Shown: positions 1 to 8,879 of the stretch, in pieces
Position numbering within the stretch: position 1 is the stretch's first letter
Layout of the letters: each line of letters starts with the position of its first letter
Assembly (NCBI GenBank): GCA_964632215.1
Contig: CAZWBG010000001.1
Location: 46,589-110,588, forward strand
Reading direction: 5' to 3'
Source of the DNA: an uncultured Candidatus Saccharibacteria bacterium
GTDB lineage: Bacteria > Patescibacteriota > Saccharimonadia > Saccharimonadales > UBA7683
DNA length: 64,000 bases
Program-made: the position numbers and the translations under genes
The notes under the pieces: generated by a model
The model's input: only the letters and a program-made list of their open reading frames with translations
Told to the model about the DNA's origin: nothing
The model's database searches: none

Positions 1-497
1 TCACCCATAACGGCGTCGTGCCATTTATAAGCTTTAGGGTCAGATTTAAAACGTAGCGGCTGAGAGCCATCCCATGTGGGTGTTTCTTCTGGTCGATGAT
101 TGCGGTATAAAAAGGGTTGTTTGGTTTTTTGAGCTTGCTCACGAAAGGCCTGTACTTCTTCTGGCGTGTAGGGATCTGCGTAGGCTCGTCCAGAATCAAT
201 TAACTTCTGAGCCCACTTAGCATAGATTTCTAGGCGATCACTTTGACGATATGGTTCGTGCTTGCCGCCTACTTCGATACCTTCATCCCAGTCGATGCTT
301 AAAGCCTTGAGACAATCTAGTATGTGCTGAGCAGATCCTTCAACTTCCCGTTTCTTGTCGGTATCTTCAAGCCGGAGTATAAACTCCCCACCAGCGTGGC
401 GGGCGGTTAGCCAGGCAAATAGCCCGGTACGTAAATTGCCCACATGCATGAAACCGGTTGGGCTTGGTGCGAATCTTGTGCGAATTGTTTTAGGCAT
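1..497 (-). CDS. gltX: glutamyl-tRNA synthetase, N-terminal fragment (gene continues past window start)
   Basis: Absent from the ORF track because no stop lies in the window. My translation of the minus strand from ATG (cat at 495-497): MPKTIRTRFAPSPTGFMHVGNLRTGLFAWLTARHAGGEFILRLEDTDKKREVEG... The RFAPSPTG..H.GN stretch is the class I HIGH region typical of GltX. Confidence 0.85.
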   Translation of the reverse strand, partial: MPKTIRTRFAPSPTGFMHVGNLRTGLFAWLTARHAGGEFILRLEDTDKKREVEGSAQHILDCLKALSIDWDEGIEVGGKHEPYRQSDRLEIYAKWAQKLIDSGRAYADPYTPEEVQAFREQAQKTKQPFLYRNHRPEETPTWDGSQPLRFKSDPKAYKWHDAVMG

Positions 498-529
498 GAG
501 TATAGTGTATCAGAACAGGGGTAGAAAGC

Positions 530-1711
530 CTACATGCTCGTAGCAAGTTTGCGAAGTTGTTCAGTGTTGAGCTGTGAGTCAGCACCCTTTACGCTGTAGA
601 ATTTACCTCCACTAACCCAAGCAGCATCACTGCCATTGAAAATATAGATGGTAAGACCTCTGTCTTGATAAGTAAGGTAATCTTTATTTTCTTTGGTAAC
701 GTAGTTTTCAAGCAGGGCTTGGGAGTCCCAGGTCGTTGGCTGCTGGGTGAGTGAAAAGCTGCGGCTATCAGTATTTGAAGCAAAGTCGATAGTGACTTGC
801 CCTGGGCTATAAGAGACGGGGCTTCTCAGGCTATAGCCAGCAGGACCATTTCCAGGTAGTGTAGCCGTAAATCCCGCCTTACTTGAGGCAACTTTGAGCG
901 AAAGTGAGGGCACGTTTAAGTATGCTACGTAACCAGCGAGTAAGAGAACGACAAGCGCTGGTGCACCATATTTGGCAAAAGGAGATATTCTGCGGCTTTT
1001 TATAGCTTTGGTAGCTGGCTTCCTTTGGGCATGCTCCATTTGCTGCTGGGCATGAGCAATGAGTTGGTGCTTAGTATCTTGCATAGTTGACTCAGCCTGA
1101 GCCTTTTCTGGTGTGGCTGGCAATATAGTGCTCTGTTTGGGCTCGTGACTTTTATGAGCCTTTGGTGCAGCGTCAGGGGTATTAAACTTCTTTATCAGCG
1201 TACTTTTGTTAACATTCTGTGCTCTTTCGAGCCGATTTTGATCAATTTTACTCACTATAGTTGTAGTAGATGTCTGAGTCTTTGTTGCTGGCTTGGTGCC
1301 TGAGGCAGCGGTGAGTGAGGGTACTTTCACTCCACTACGATGCAACGTAACCGAACGTTGTGGTCTGGTTGAGACAGAGGTGGGCGAGCTACGTACAACA
1401 TTAATATGTGTAGGATCAACTTTCTGTGCTGGTATCGGTTTTTCACGGTGTTTTGCAGGCGCAGCAGGGTTCTTGCGTATACCGTCTACATATCGCATAG
1501 AAGTGGGCTTGGAGACAGTTTTTTTAGCTGGAGCCACGTGTGATGCTGACGCTGGTGGGGCTTTAGCTTTTGCTTTTGGGGTGTTTGATGCTTCGTGCAC
1601 GGCTACACCAGTATGTGCATCGTAGAGGCGACCGTTTAGTTCTATTGTGTTGCGGTGTGTTTTCATTCCCTCTTCCCCAAGATCAGGCTTACTGCTTTTG
1701 TTTGTTACCAT
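530..1711 (-). CDS. membrane-anchored hypothetical protein (Lys/Pro/Thr/Ala-rich N-terminal region, one TM, C-terminal globular domain)
   Basis: ORF 530..1741 begins at TTG 1741. ATG at 1711 (MVTNKSS) leaves a realistic divergent intergenic region. Single TM ALVVLLLAGYVAYL. No catalytic motif recognised. Confidence 0.5.
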   Translation of the reverse strand: MVTNKSSKPDLGEEGMKTHRNTIELNGRLYDAHTGVAVHEASNTPKAKAKAPPASASHVAPAKKTVSKPTSMRYVDGIRKNPAAPAKHREKPIPAQKVDPTHINVVRSSPTSVSTRPQRSVTLHRSGVKVPSLTAASGTKPATKTQTSTTTIVSKIDQNRLERAQNVNKSTLIKKFNTPDAAPKAHKSHEPKQSTILPATPEKAQAESTMQDTKHQLIAHAQQQMEHAQRKPATKAIKSRRISPFAKYGAPALVVLLLAGYVAYLNVPSLSLKVASSKAGFTATLPGNGPAGYSLRSPVSYSPGQVTIDFASNTDSRSFSLTQQPTTWDSQALLENYVTKENKDYLTYQDRGLTIYIFNGSDAAWVSGGKFYSVKGADSQLNTEQLRKLATSM

Positions 1712-1774
1712 AATAGTACGCTCTCGCAACTCGTTGTGCAAGTGGTATCATAGGTGTATATGCATCGAGTCAAT

Positions 1775-3208
1775 ATGAAAAACCGAAGAACAGTTATATT
1801 AAGAACACTTACGTATGGGTTGACTCTATTTCTGACTATTATCACTACCACCATACTTCTGTATATCGCTCAGGGATATAGCCTTGATCGTTCAAGCGGG
1901 CAACTGGTCAGGAGTGGTTTGTTGTTGGTGGATAGTAAGCCTGTTTCTGCCCAGGCTTACATAAATGGTGAGCTCAAAGATAGTAGTACGCCAAGCCGCT
2001 TCGTGCTAGAGGCTAATGCGTACGAATTAAGCCTAGAGCAGACAGGTTATCGGGGCTGGAAGAAGAATGTGACCCTAAAGGCTTCTACGGTTGAAGAGGT
2101 TTACTACCCCCTTTTAGTACCGACCGACATAACTCCGCGTTCGCTTGGTGTTTTAGCACCACCGCAGCTCGTCAGTCAATCTCCTAATCGTAAGCTCGTA
2201 CTTTTTTATATTCCTAGTACCTCACAATTACAATTAACTGAGTTGAACCCAAAGAGTTTTACGAGTACTCCGCTAACACTACCACCTACTATTAAGCGGG
2301 AAAATGGGCAGCTTGGTACGCTGCGAGTCATCGAATGGGCTCTAAATAATAAGCAGGTTTTGCTCGAACAGACCTTGCCAAGCGGTGTTCACCAACTAGT
2401 AAGCTTAGATGTTACAAAACCCGAGGAAGCACTTAATATTAGTACTTTGTACGGCACCGAGACCCCTAGTGATATCCATTATGTCGGTGATAAGACAGAT
2501 CAAATCTATGGCTTAAAGGATGGTGTCGTTAGTAGATATGATCTACGGTCGGTTAAGCAGGAGCCGCTCTTGAGCTCAGTTCGCACATACCGACCATACG
2601 GTAGCGATTTATTATTTGCTCGGACAAGTGCTGACCAATCAGAGGTTGAAAGTGGCTTGTGGCAAGATCAAAAGACGACAATTATCTCACGTGCTCCTAT
2701 GCACGGAGGTATAGATTTATTAGCTTACGAAGAGTATGACGGACATCATTACTTTGGCGTCGGTCAAACAACGGCAAACGGTGTGGTTGTATACCGCGAC
2801 CCACTTAAGAAGCCAATTCTTGCCAACCAATTACCATATGTCAAAATACCCGTGGGTCAGCCGCAGTTGTTAACTTTTAGTCAAGGATCACAGTTTATTG
2901 TTGCTCAAAATGGCGCAGCTTTTGGCGGTTATGATTTTGAGAATATGCGACCACTGCAATTTACTCTCGATTTTGTTCCACAACCTGAGAGCACTCGTTG
3001 GATGGACAGCCATCATCTCGTGAGTACGAATCCCGCGGGAATGGTAGTTATGTATGATTATGATGGAGCTAATCGCCAAGCGCTTCTGGCTGTGCGTCCA
3101 GAGACACCTTTGCTCTTCGCAGATAACTATCAACATATCTATCGTGTCTTTGATGACAGTGGCCAGGTTAATCTCGAGACTGCCAGTATGGTTGTTGGTA
3201 AAGAGTAA
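1775..3208 (+). CDS. PEGA-domain membrane protein
   Basis: ORF 1754..3208; the likely start is ATG 1775 (MKNRRTVIL). N-terminal TM LTYGLTLFLTIITTTILLYI. PEGA-like segment LLVDSKPVSAQAYINGELKDSSTPSRFVLEANAYELSLEQTGYRGWKKNVTL. Confidence 0.6.
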   Translation: MKNRRTVILRTLTYGLTLFLTIITTTILLYIAQGYSLDRSSGQLVRSGLLLVDSKPVSAQAYINGELKDSSTPSRFVLEANAYELSLEQTGYRGWKKNVTLKASTVEEVYYPLLVPTDITPRSLGVLAPPQLVSQSPNRKLVLFYIPSTSQLQLTELNPKSFTSTPLTLPPTIKRENGQLGTLRVIEWALNNKQVLLEQTLPSGVHQLVSLDVTKPEEALNISTLYGTETPSDIHYVGDKTDQIYGLKDGVVSRYDLRSVKQEPLLSSVRTYRPYGSDLLFARTSADQSEVESGLWQDQKTTIISRAPMHGGIDLLAYEEYDGHHYFGVGQTTANGVVVYRDPLKKPILANQLPYVKIPVGQPQLLTFSQGSQFIVAQNGAAFGGYDFENMRPLQFTLDFVPQPESTRWMDSHHLVSTNPAGMVVMYDYDGANRQALLAVRPETPLLFADNYQHIYRVFDDSGQVNLETASMVVGKE

Positions 3209-3210
3209 CG

Positions 3211-4485
3211 CTAGAAGAGTCGGTCCCAGAGGCTTTGGGAAACACTCGGTAGTGGGTTCTCCTGGTTCACCTCAGTCTGTTGGTTAGTGTTCGTTGTTGC
3301 AGTGTTGGGGTTGGGATCGATTTGGTCTGCTCGTATGATAAGCCTGTTAATATCAGTACCCGGTGGATCACAGGTAAAGAGTGTCACTGTTGGAGTGGCG
3401 GTTTGTGTTAAGACAGAGGTATCCTGGGGTGAAACAATGCTCTTGCTCGTGACTTTGTAAGTGAAGCGCTGACTATTATAGTTAAGGTAAAATATGTCTC
3501 CTGGCTCAAGTTTTTTAAGATTTACAAAAACGTACTTATATTTACCAGAATTGAAGATGTTATTACTCGAGTGTCCGCCAATTACTACATTGCCGTTTGT
3601 ACCAGGGTTAGCAGTGTTGCCAAGCCGTACAACCCCGCGTTCTAAAGCTTTTTGATAACTAGCTTCGCTTACATCTGGCTCGTCGTATACAACCGGAGCT
3701 TCAACACCGATTCTTGGGATGATAATTTTTGGCTCAGGCCCTACCTTGGCCTGAGTGCTCGGCTCTACAATAACCGGCGTGGTAGCAACACCACCGGGAG
3801 AGATGTACTGTTTTACAAACCCTACGATTATCTGGTTGTAGTTTAGTAATAGGAGCGTACAACCGATTGTCAGTGCTGCCATGAGCGGCTTAAAATGGCT
3901 ACTACTCTTCACGCGCTTGGCTTGCTCCTGAACTCGGTTACGCACTTTCTGCCGCAGCTCTCTTGTAGTTTCTTGTTGTTCACTCGGCTGCTCAGGCGCA
4001 GAATAAGCCACAGATGCTGGAGAATCTGGTACGGGGTTGGCGGGGGCGATTGGTTCAGATGGATGACGCTTCTGCTGTTGCCACCAACCTGCATAATAAC
4101 GATAAAAGTATTGGTGGTAGTACTGCTGCCAAGCCGTGTGGTATTGCTGCCAGTCAACGGGTTCTCCATTCGTAGCGGGCGGCTGCTGGTTGGGCTGGGC
4201 CACTGCGTTATTATGGTGTCCTCCTTTGAGTTCTGCATGATTCACCACTGGATGCTCTGTAGATGATTTCTGGTTGGGCTCACCTTCTATCAAATAAGTT
4301 CGTTCAAGTTGATGGCGCGCAAGTTGAGCGGCTTGTTGATTGTCTGGCGTATGGGTAGCTTTAACTGGCCACTGGATGGGTGGTCTGTGCGTTTGTTGTC
4401 TGGCGGGAGTGCCACGATCGGACTGTAGTTTTTTGCGGTCGTTCATAGGTAATGCTCGTGCTAATCTACTTGGTATAGTGTACAA
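3211..4485 (-). CDS. sortase family transpeptidase (possibly class E), with a long low-complexity N-terminal region
   Basis: His-Cys-Arg catalytic signature in order: VVIGGHSSNN ... VTLFTCDPPGT ... NRLIIRA. TM MAALTIGCTLLLL. TTG at 4485; alternative ATG at 4446. Confidence 0.8.
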   Translation of the reverse strand: MYTIPSRLARALPMNDRKKLQSDRGTPARQQTHRPPIQWPVKATHTPDNQQAAQLARHQLERTYLIEGEPNQKSSTEHPVVNHAELKGGHHNNAVAQPNQQPPATNGEPVDWQQYHTAWQQYYHQYFYRYYAGWWQQQKRHPSEPIAPANPVPDSPASVAYSAPEQPSEQQETTRELRQKVRNRVQEQAKRVKSSSHFKPLMAALTIGCTLLLLNYNQIIVGFVKQYISPGGVATTPVIVEPSTQAKVGPEPKIIIPRIGVEAPVVYDEPDVSEASYQKALERGVVRLGNTANPGTNGNVVIGGHSSNNIFNSGKYKYVFVNLKKLEPGDIFYLNYNSQRFTYKVTSKSIVSPQDTSVLTQTATPTVTLFTCDPPGTDINRLIIRADQIDPNPNTATTNTNQQTEVNQENPLPSVSQSLWDRLF

Positions 4486-4645
4486 TTATTACGCTACAAG
4501 AGGAAGCTTTTGTACAAATCTAACCTTTTATGATCTAACGAGTGCGGTTTGCTCGAAGAGTAACAATTGATAGATTGTAGGCGTATGCGTTAAAAGCTTT
4601 TAGTCCAAGCATGACACTAAACTGCACACAAAACTTAAAATATAC

Positions 4646-4732
4646 GGGCGAGTGGCGGAATTGGTAGACGCGCGGGATTCAAAATCCCGTTCTAGCAATA
4701 GAGTGAGGGTTCAATTCCCTCCTCGCCCACCA
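4646..4732 (+). tRNA. tRNA-Leu (anticodon CAA), type II long variable arm, CCA encoded
   Basis: Hand-folded cloverleaf. Acceptor gggcgag/ctcgccc. Anticodon stem cggga/tcccg with loop ttCAAaa. Long variable arm ttctagcaatagagtg. T arm gaggg-ttcaatt-ccctc. Discriminator a plus cca. Confidence 0.9.
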
Positions 4733-4926
4733 TGTAAGTTTTTCTTAAGAATGTACGTAAATTATTGTAGAAAATAGTAGTCACTACCTCTGTTTTATGG
4801 TACTGTTTTTGTAAATAAAAGATACTCTCTGGAGTGTCTTTTATTTTTTATATAGCACCTACTAGGTGTTAGGGCGAGGCTTTATATGTGTAAAAAAGGT
4901 GCTCACTTTTAAGAAAAACTTACACA
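4733..4926. repeat. palindromic element copy P1 (arms TGTAAGTTTTTCTTAA / TTAAGAAAAACTTACA separated by about 145 bp)
   Basis: The left arm starts 1 nt after the tRNA-Leu CCA. The interior holds a hairpin plus T-run (agatactc-tctg-gagtgtct-tttattttt, about 4821-4850), probably the tRNA terminator. Confidence 0.6.
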
Positions 4927-4979
4927 TTAGTGAACTAATCGACCGAGCGGGGTTCGTCCTTGACTACAGACAATAAGGG

Positions 4980-5345
4980 CTACTCATCGGGAGCGAAGAA
5001 GAGACGATCGAGACTCTCGCGCTCAACCGAGTCCTCTTCGGAAACGAGCAGTGAAAACCCACTCTGCACCAGATCGGTACGAGAGACCCACCGATCTACA
5101 TCTTCAAGATGTATGCCGAATTCATCAGGATCTGATAAAATCCTCCGAACCGTACTAGGAAACTCACCGTAGAACTCACTAAGCGAGGATAAACTAGGTA
5201 TATCTGGCCACTGCGCAAGAAGTTCAGTAATTGCCGACTCCAGATGACGTTGGCGGTCGATCTCCAGACGACCAGGCGACAGTCCAGCAAGCTGGTTTTT
5301 CAAGAGCGCACTGAGACTAAAGTTCTTTGTATCTAAATTTTCCAT
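4980..5345 (-). CDS. hypothetical acidic protein (orphan cassette ORF)
   Basis: 121-aa ORF, GC-richer than its neighbours. It has its own promoter-like TTGACG-17-TATACT upstream. No motif recognised. Confidence 0.5.
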   Translation of the reverse strand: MENLDTKNFSLSALLKNQLAGLSPGRLEIDRQRHLESAITELLAQWPDIPSLSSLSEFYGEFPSTVRRILSDPDEFGIHLEDVDRWVSRTDLVQSGFSLLVSEEDSVERESLDRLFFAPDE

Positions 5346-5363
5346 ACTTTTGCTACTGGTCGC

Positions 5364-5392
5364 CAGTATAAAGATTTCAACCTAGTCCGTCA
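5364..5392 (-). promoter_or_regulatory. sigma70-like promoter for ORF 4980..5345
   Basis: Minus strand: TTGACG (plus cgtcaa 5387-5392), 17-nt spacer, TATACT (plus agtata 5364-5369). The ATG lies 19 nt downstream of the -10, so the leader is very short. Confidence 0.4.
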
Positions 5393-5418
5393 AGTACTGC
5401 ACTAATGGCCTTCGGGTG

Positions 5419-5462
5419 TGTAAGTTTTTCTTAAAAATATGTTATTTTAAGAAAAACTTACA
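5419..5462. repeat. palindromic element copy P2 (minimal 44-bp perfect-arm hairpin)
   Basis: tgtaagtttttcttaaaa-atatgtta-ttttaagaaaaacttaca. It lies between ORF 5481..5744 and the promoter of ORF 4980..5345. Confidence 0.7.
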
Positions 5463-5480
5463 TGCAAGAGGATCAATCGA

Positions 5481-5744
5481 TTACGGGGAAGCCTCATGAC
5501 CCGACACGGCGACCTCGACCGCGGGACTAACGGCATCCAAAGATGATACCTCCCTGAGGTGATCAAGCTGCTCTTTCCAGTCTGGAGCATAAACATCATC
5601 CGGAAATACCTCGAGTGCAGTACTCAGCATAACGATGGCACGGATAACTGGGTCGTTAACAGCCGAGTAGACCTCGCTTGGCCGATTAGCTTCTTCATGG
5701 TTTCGTGGTTCCTTATTCATCTCCTTCCAGAATAGACCGACCAT
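5481..5744 (-). CDS. hypothetical protein (orphan cassette ORF)
   Basis: 87-aa ORF in the GC-richer block. No motif recognised. Confidence 0.4.
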   Translation of the reverse strand: MVGLFWKEMNKEPRNHEEANRPSEVYSAVNDPVIRAIVMLSTALEVFPDDVYAPDWKEQLDHLREVSSLDAVSPAVEVAVSGHEASP

Positions 5745-5951
5745 CTGTTCGAGTCAAGGTAAGATTCCTCTCGATTTATACAACTGTCACCTCCTCGCCC
5801 TTCGCCACAATGCTCGGTTGATACTGCGCTACATCACTTGAACTTCCCGAGACCGAGTCGCGTAGGGGTGACGACTTCATGAGTTTGTAGCTAATTACCG
5901 AACCATCACTTCGTACTCGGTCAGCTTTGTCGTAGCAATTTCATGCTTAAA

Positions 5952-6248
5952 CTAAAGAAGACCGTGATCCATGAGATTCTTTGTCTCGGATCTGCTAAGT
6001 GCGTCTACAACAAACTTGGAGCAACGCAAGCATTTCTCGCGAAGTAGTGGCTCGAACATGGTCACGCCATCGATGTCAGCAGGATCCTTCGAATCTACCA
6101 GTTCGACCAAACTGCGAGCGAGGTAAGACCTGCCGTCGCAAGGATATTCAGCATGAAAGATAAGCGCCTCGTCTGGAGAAGTCATGACAAGGTTACTCAG
6201 CAGGGATGGCGTTAGTGGGAGTCTTTCATTTCTAGTCACATTAATCAT
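5952..6248 (-). CDS. hypothetical protein (orphan cassette ORF)
   Basis: 98-aa ORF in the GC-richer block. No motif recognised. Confidence 0.4.
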   Translation of the reverse strand: MINVTRNERLPLTPSLLSNLVMTSPDEALIFHAEYPCDGRSYLARSLVELVDSKDPADIDGVTMFEPLLREKCLRCSKFVVDALSRSETKNLMDHGLL

Positions 6249-6318
6249 AGACTCTACACTACGGTTGAAAGGAACTCAATAGTGGGATCACGAATCGCAG
6301 TGTGCAAAGATTGGTCGG

Positions 6319-6510
6319 GTGCAAGTGATGGTCAAAGCAATAGATAGACTGAGCTTGCCGCCAGCACTACTCAGCGACTTCAACGGCACTTGGCATGTGC
6401 GGAATTTGGTGGCCGCGTCGATCGGGTTTGCCATAGATGAACAAGATGAGTCGCAGGATCCATCGACTAAGACAAAGTATCAACAGCAACTTAAGCTATT
6501 CTGTATGTAA
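6319..6510 (+). CDS. possible small hypothetical protein
   Basis: 63-aa ORF with a GTG start. Its stop codon TAA is the taa of the repeat core tgTAAg at 6508-6510. Weak support. Confidence 0.2.
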   Translation: MQVMVKAIDRLSLPPALLSDFNGTWHVRNLVAASIGFAIDEQDESQDPSTKTKYQQQLKLFCM

Positions 6511-6572
6511 GTTTTTCTTAAAAATAACATATTTTTATGATAAATTACGTACATTTTTAAGAAAAGCTTACA
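6506..6572. repeat. palindromic element copy P3 (67 bp, arms separated by 31 nt)
   Basis: tgtaagtttttcttaaaa...ttttaagaaaagcttaca. The interior aaattacgtacat is the inverted counterpart of atgtacgtaaatt next to the P1 left arm. Confidence 0.7.
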
Positions 6573-6727
6573 CTCTTGAGCGACTTGATACCTATCAGCC
6601 TGGTTTGGGTCGGCCAGTTGAACCAATCCCCTTGGCATCACGTCGACACCAAACCCTAACGTTAACTTTCCGCACAGGCAGCCCATGATTTGAGGACCGC
6701 CAAGGCAAACAGAGAGGATCAGAGTGC

Positions 6728-7261
6728 TTATATAAGGTATTTTGCGAACTTCTGTTTAAGTTTTATAACTTTTGGATTAATAACTATTTGACAGTAGGCT
6801 TGCTCAGGATAATTATTAAAATAATCTTGATGATATTGCTCAGCTGGCCAAAAAACTTCGAACGGTTTTATCTCAGTCACGATCTCATCTTGCCATAATT
6901 TCTGGGCTGTTTCTTTCAGGGATTCTTCAATAATTGCCTGTTGCTTTGGACTAGTATAAAAAATGACTGAGCGATATTGAGTGCCGATATCAGCTCCCTG
7001 TTGGTTGGGCGTTGTCGGGTTATGGAGTGCCCAGAAGATATCAAGCAAAACTCGTAAACTGACCTCTTTGGGGTTAAATTCAAGCTTTACTACCTCGGCG
7101 TGGCCAGTTCGACCGCCCAGTACTGCCTCGTAGGTTGGATGTTCTAATGTACCACCCGCGTAGCCACTTGTAATCGAGTCAACTCCTTTAACTTGTTGGT
7201 AAAGAGCCTCTAAACACCAGAAGCATCCACCACCGAGTACTATTGAATCGAGTTTCTCCAT
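6728..7261 (-). CDS. msrA: peptide methionine (S)-S-oxide reductase
   Basis: GGGCFWCLEA active-site motif; GHAEVVKLEFNP; YHQDY. Confidence 0.9.
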   Translation of the reverse strand: MEKLDSIVLGGGCFWCLEALYQQVKGVDSITSGYAGGTLEHPTYEAVLGGRTGHAEVVKLEFNPKEVSLRVLLDIFWALHNPTTPNQQGADIGTQYRSVIFYTSPKQQAIIEESLKETAQKLWQDEIVTEIKPFEVFWPAEQYHQDYFNNYPEQAYCQIVINPKVIKLKQKFAKYLI

Positions 7262-7369
7262 ACTACTAGCATAGACCTTATGGCAAGTATTGACAAAATA
7301 TGCTATAATATAGATATAATGACTCGAGAGGTTTCTGGGTTTTGCTGAGAAAGCTGTGAGCCAACCTTG

Positions 7370-8188
7370 CTAGTTCTGGGCTTTGAGGTACTCAGCGTAG
7401 GTATATGCGCTATGGGTTAATGCTTCGAACGGCTTGGTGGGATTCCAGGTTTGATAGCCTGCAACAAAAGTACTTAGCGGAAGTCGCCAATGTTTTGGTT
7501 CGGCATCTTGATTAAGTTTTGTAGTACTGACGCTACCATTTGCGGCACAGATAAGTTGATTTTGGTGTAAGGTGACAAAAGCGGTTGGATACTCAGTACT
7601 TAAATTATGCATAAATGAGACAAGTCGTGGTAGATCAATTGAAGAAACCAGTGGCATCGGATGACCAATTTGTTTCACGAGCTTTTGTAGTTGCCCAAAG
7701 GCTAAAACTAGGGTTGTGGCAGGTCGCTGTAATAGAGCTTGAGAGGCGGTGTGTAGTAGCTCCATACTATCTCGCGTGACAACAATGTTACCAGTGTAGG
7801 CTTTTACGAGTTGCTCAAATACTATCGCTGTTTGAGAGTTACGGCCGCTATCACCAGTGAGCAAAATAGTATCTGCCCACTGTGAGTATTCCATTAATTC
7901 GTTAAAACCGTCTTGGGCAAGCTCACCACTTGGCGTGCTCGGCAGGTAAAGTGCTTGTGGCAAGAATGCCTGCACCAGTCGCTTTGTTTTATTAGGAAGA
8001 ACAACTCGAACTTCACCCACGCCCTGGCTCTTCAGGAGTTCATAAGCTTGAGCTGGGGCATTCAGGGCGTGTTCGTGCCCGCCTATAACGAGCACGTGCC
8101 CAGCCTGTGCTTTGCGTTCGGGTTTGTTCCACTCTAAATCTGGAAAGAGCGATGTGTTAGTTTGTTTCTGCCAGTATATAGTGTCCAT
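7370..8188 (-). CDS. YjeF C-terminal-like carbohydrate kinase family protein (NAD(P)HX dehydratase-like, divergent)
   Basis: GHVLVIGGHEHALNAPAQAYELLKSQGVGEVRVVLP and ILLTGDSGRNSQT resemble the YjeF_C fold. The start at 8188 is preceded by GGAGGCTAAAA (SD). It overlaps the end of the upstream HAD gene. Confidence 0.5.
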   Translation of the reverse strand: MDTIYWQKQTNTSLFPDLEWNKPERKAQAGHVLVIGGHEHALNAPAQAYELLKSQGVGEVRVVLPNKTKRLVQAFLPQALYLPSTPSGELAQDGFNELMEYSQWADTILLTGDSGRNSQTAIVFEQLVKAYTGNIVVTRDSMELLHTASQALLQRPATTLVLAFGQLQKLVKQIGHPMPLVSSIDLPRLVSFMHNLSTEYPTAFVTLHQNQLICAANGSVSTTKLNQDAEPKHWRLPLSTFVAGYQTWNPTKPFEALTHSAYTYAEYLKAQN

Positions 8189-8879
8189 TTTTAGCCTCCA
8201 GTTCATAAATTACATTTTTACGCTCAACTACAATTTTCCATTGGTGCTCACGGGCAACTGTAAAAAGCCGTTCGTCAGGATTAAAGGCTAACGGATTCTC
8301 TACCATTTCAAGCATTACGGCATCGCTCAGACTATCACCTACTGCGTAACTATCTTTGAATGTAAGCTGATGTTTTTGCACCAGCTGTTCTAGTACTTGT
8401 TTTTTGTCATGACTGGCCACAAATTTTTTGCCACTGAACTTTTGGTCTGTGCGTTCATAGGTCGTGCCCACGAAATCGTCAAAGTCATAATGGTGGGCAA
8501 TCTCACGTACTAGCTCGTGGTGTGAGCCAGAGATAGCTAGCAGAAAATAACCGTCTCCGTGAAGCTTTTTTATCAGATCACGAGTATAGGTATAGACTTG
8601 GTCTTTGTATTCTTCTATAACACGTTGCACCATGGCATCAAAAGATTGAGGCGGCAGTATTTCCAGAGCTGATTCATAAACTTCTATGAGTATATTTTCG
8701 TAGTCTTTGAAGGCTTCGGGGTGTTCACGTCGCTTCCAGACCATTCGAGCTTCGCGAAGCTTCTGATGCGCATCGGTGCCTAACGATTCTTCCTTAGCCA
8801 GTTTGTCGACAATTGTATGATATAACTGCCAGCGAATTAACGTGCCATCAATATCAAAAACTGCAAACTTCTTACTCAT
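8157..8879 (-). CDS. HAD-superfamily hydrolase (subfamily IB-like phosphatase)
   Basis: Motif I FAVFDIDGTLI; SGSHHELV; GDSLSDAVML. Confidence 0.7.
   Translation of the reverse strand: MSKKFAVFDIDGTLIRWQLYHTIVDKLAKEESLGTDAHQKLREARMVWKRREHPEAFKDYENILIEVYESALEILPPQSFDAMVQRVIEEYKDQVYTYTRDLIKKLHGDGYFLLAISGSHHELVREIAHHYDFDDFVGTTYERTDQKFSGKKFVASHDKKQVLEQLVQKHQLTFKDSYAVGDSLSDAVMLEMVENPLAFNPDERLFTVAREHQWKIVVERKNVIYELEAKNGHYILAETN

Larger units (their letters stand above)
4733..6572. mobile_element. tRNA-Leu-adjacent orphan-gene block bracketed by 31-bp imperfect inverted repeats and subdivided by copies of the same palindromic element
   Basis: 4733-4763 (tgtaagtttttcttaagaatgtacgtaaatt) matches the reverse complement of 6542-6572 at 28 of 31 positions (my alignment). 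Internal copies lie at 4907-4926, 5419-5462 and 6506-6523. No transposase or integrase is present. Confidence 0.4.

Noticed and set aside
3652-4570. Plus- and minus-strand alternative ORFs within the sortase gene region
   Set aside because: They are antisense to, or out of frame with, an ORF that carries the ordered His/Cys/Arg sortase motifs. The low-complexity Gln/Pro-rich N-terminal region generates spurious frames.
4733-6572. Palindromic repeats near tRNA-Leu, or the tRNA-Gln junction repeats, as a CRISPR array
   Set aside because: The repeats are irregularly spaced (44 bp to more than 1 kb). They occur as inverted pairs or degenerate direct copies. Whole ORFs with promoters lie between them, and no cas genes are present.
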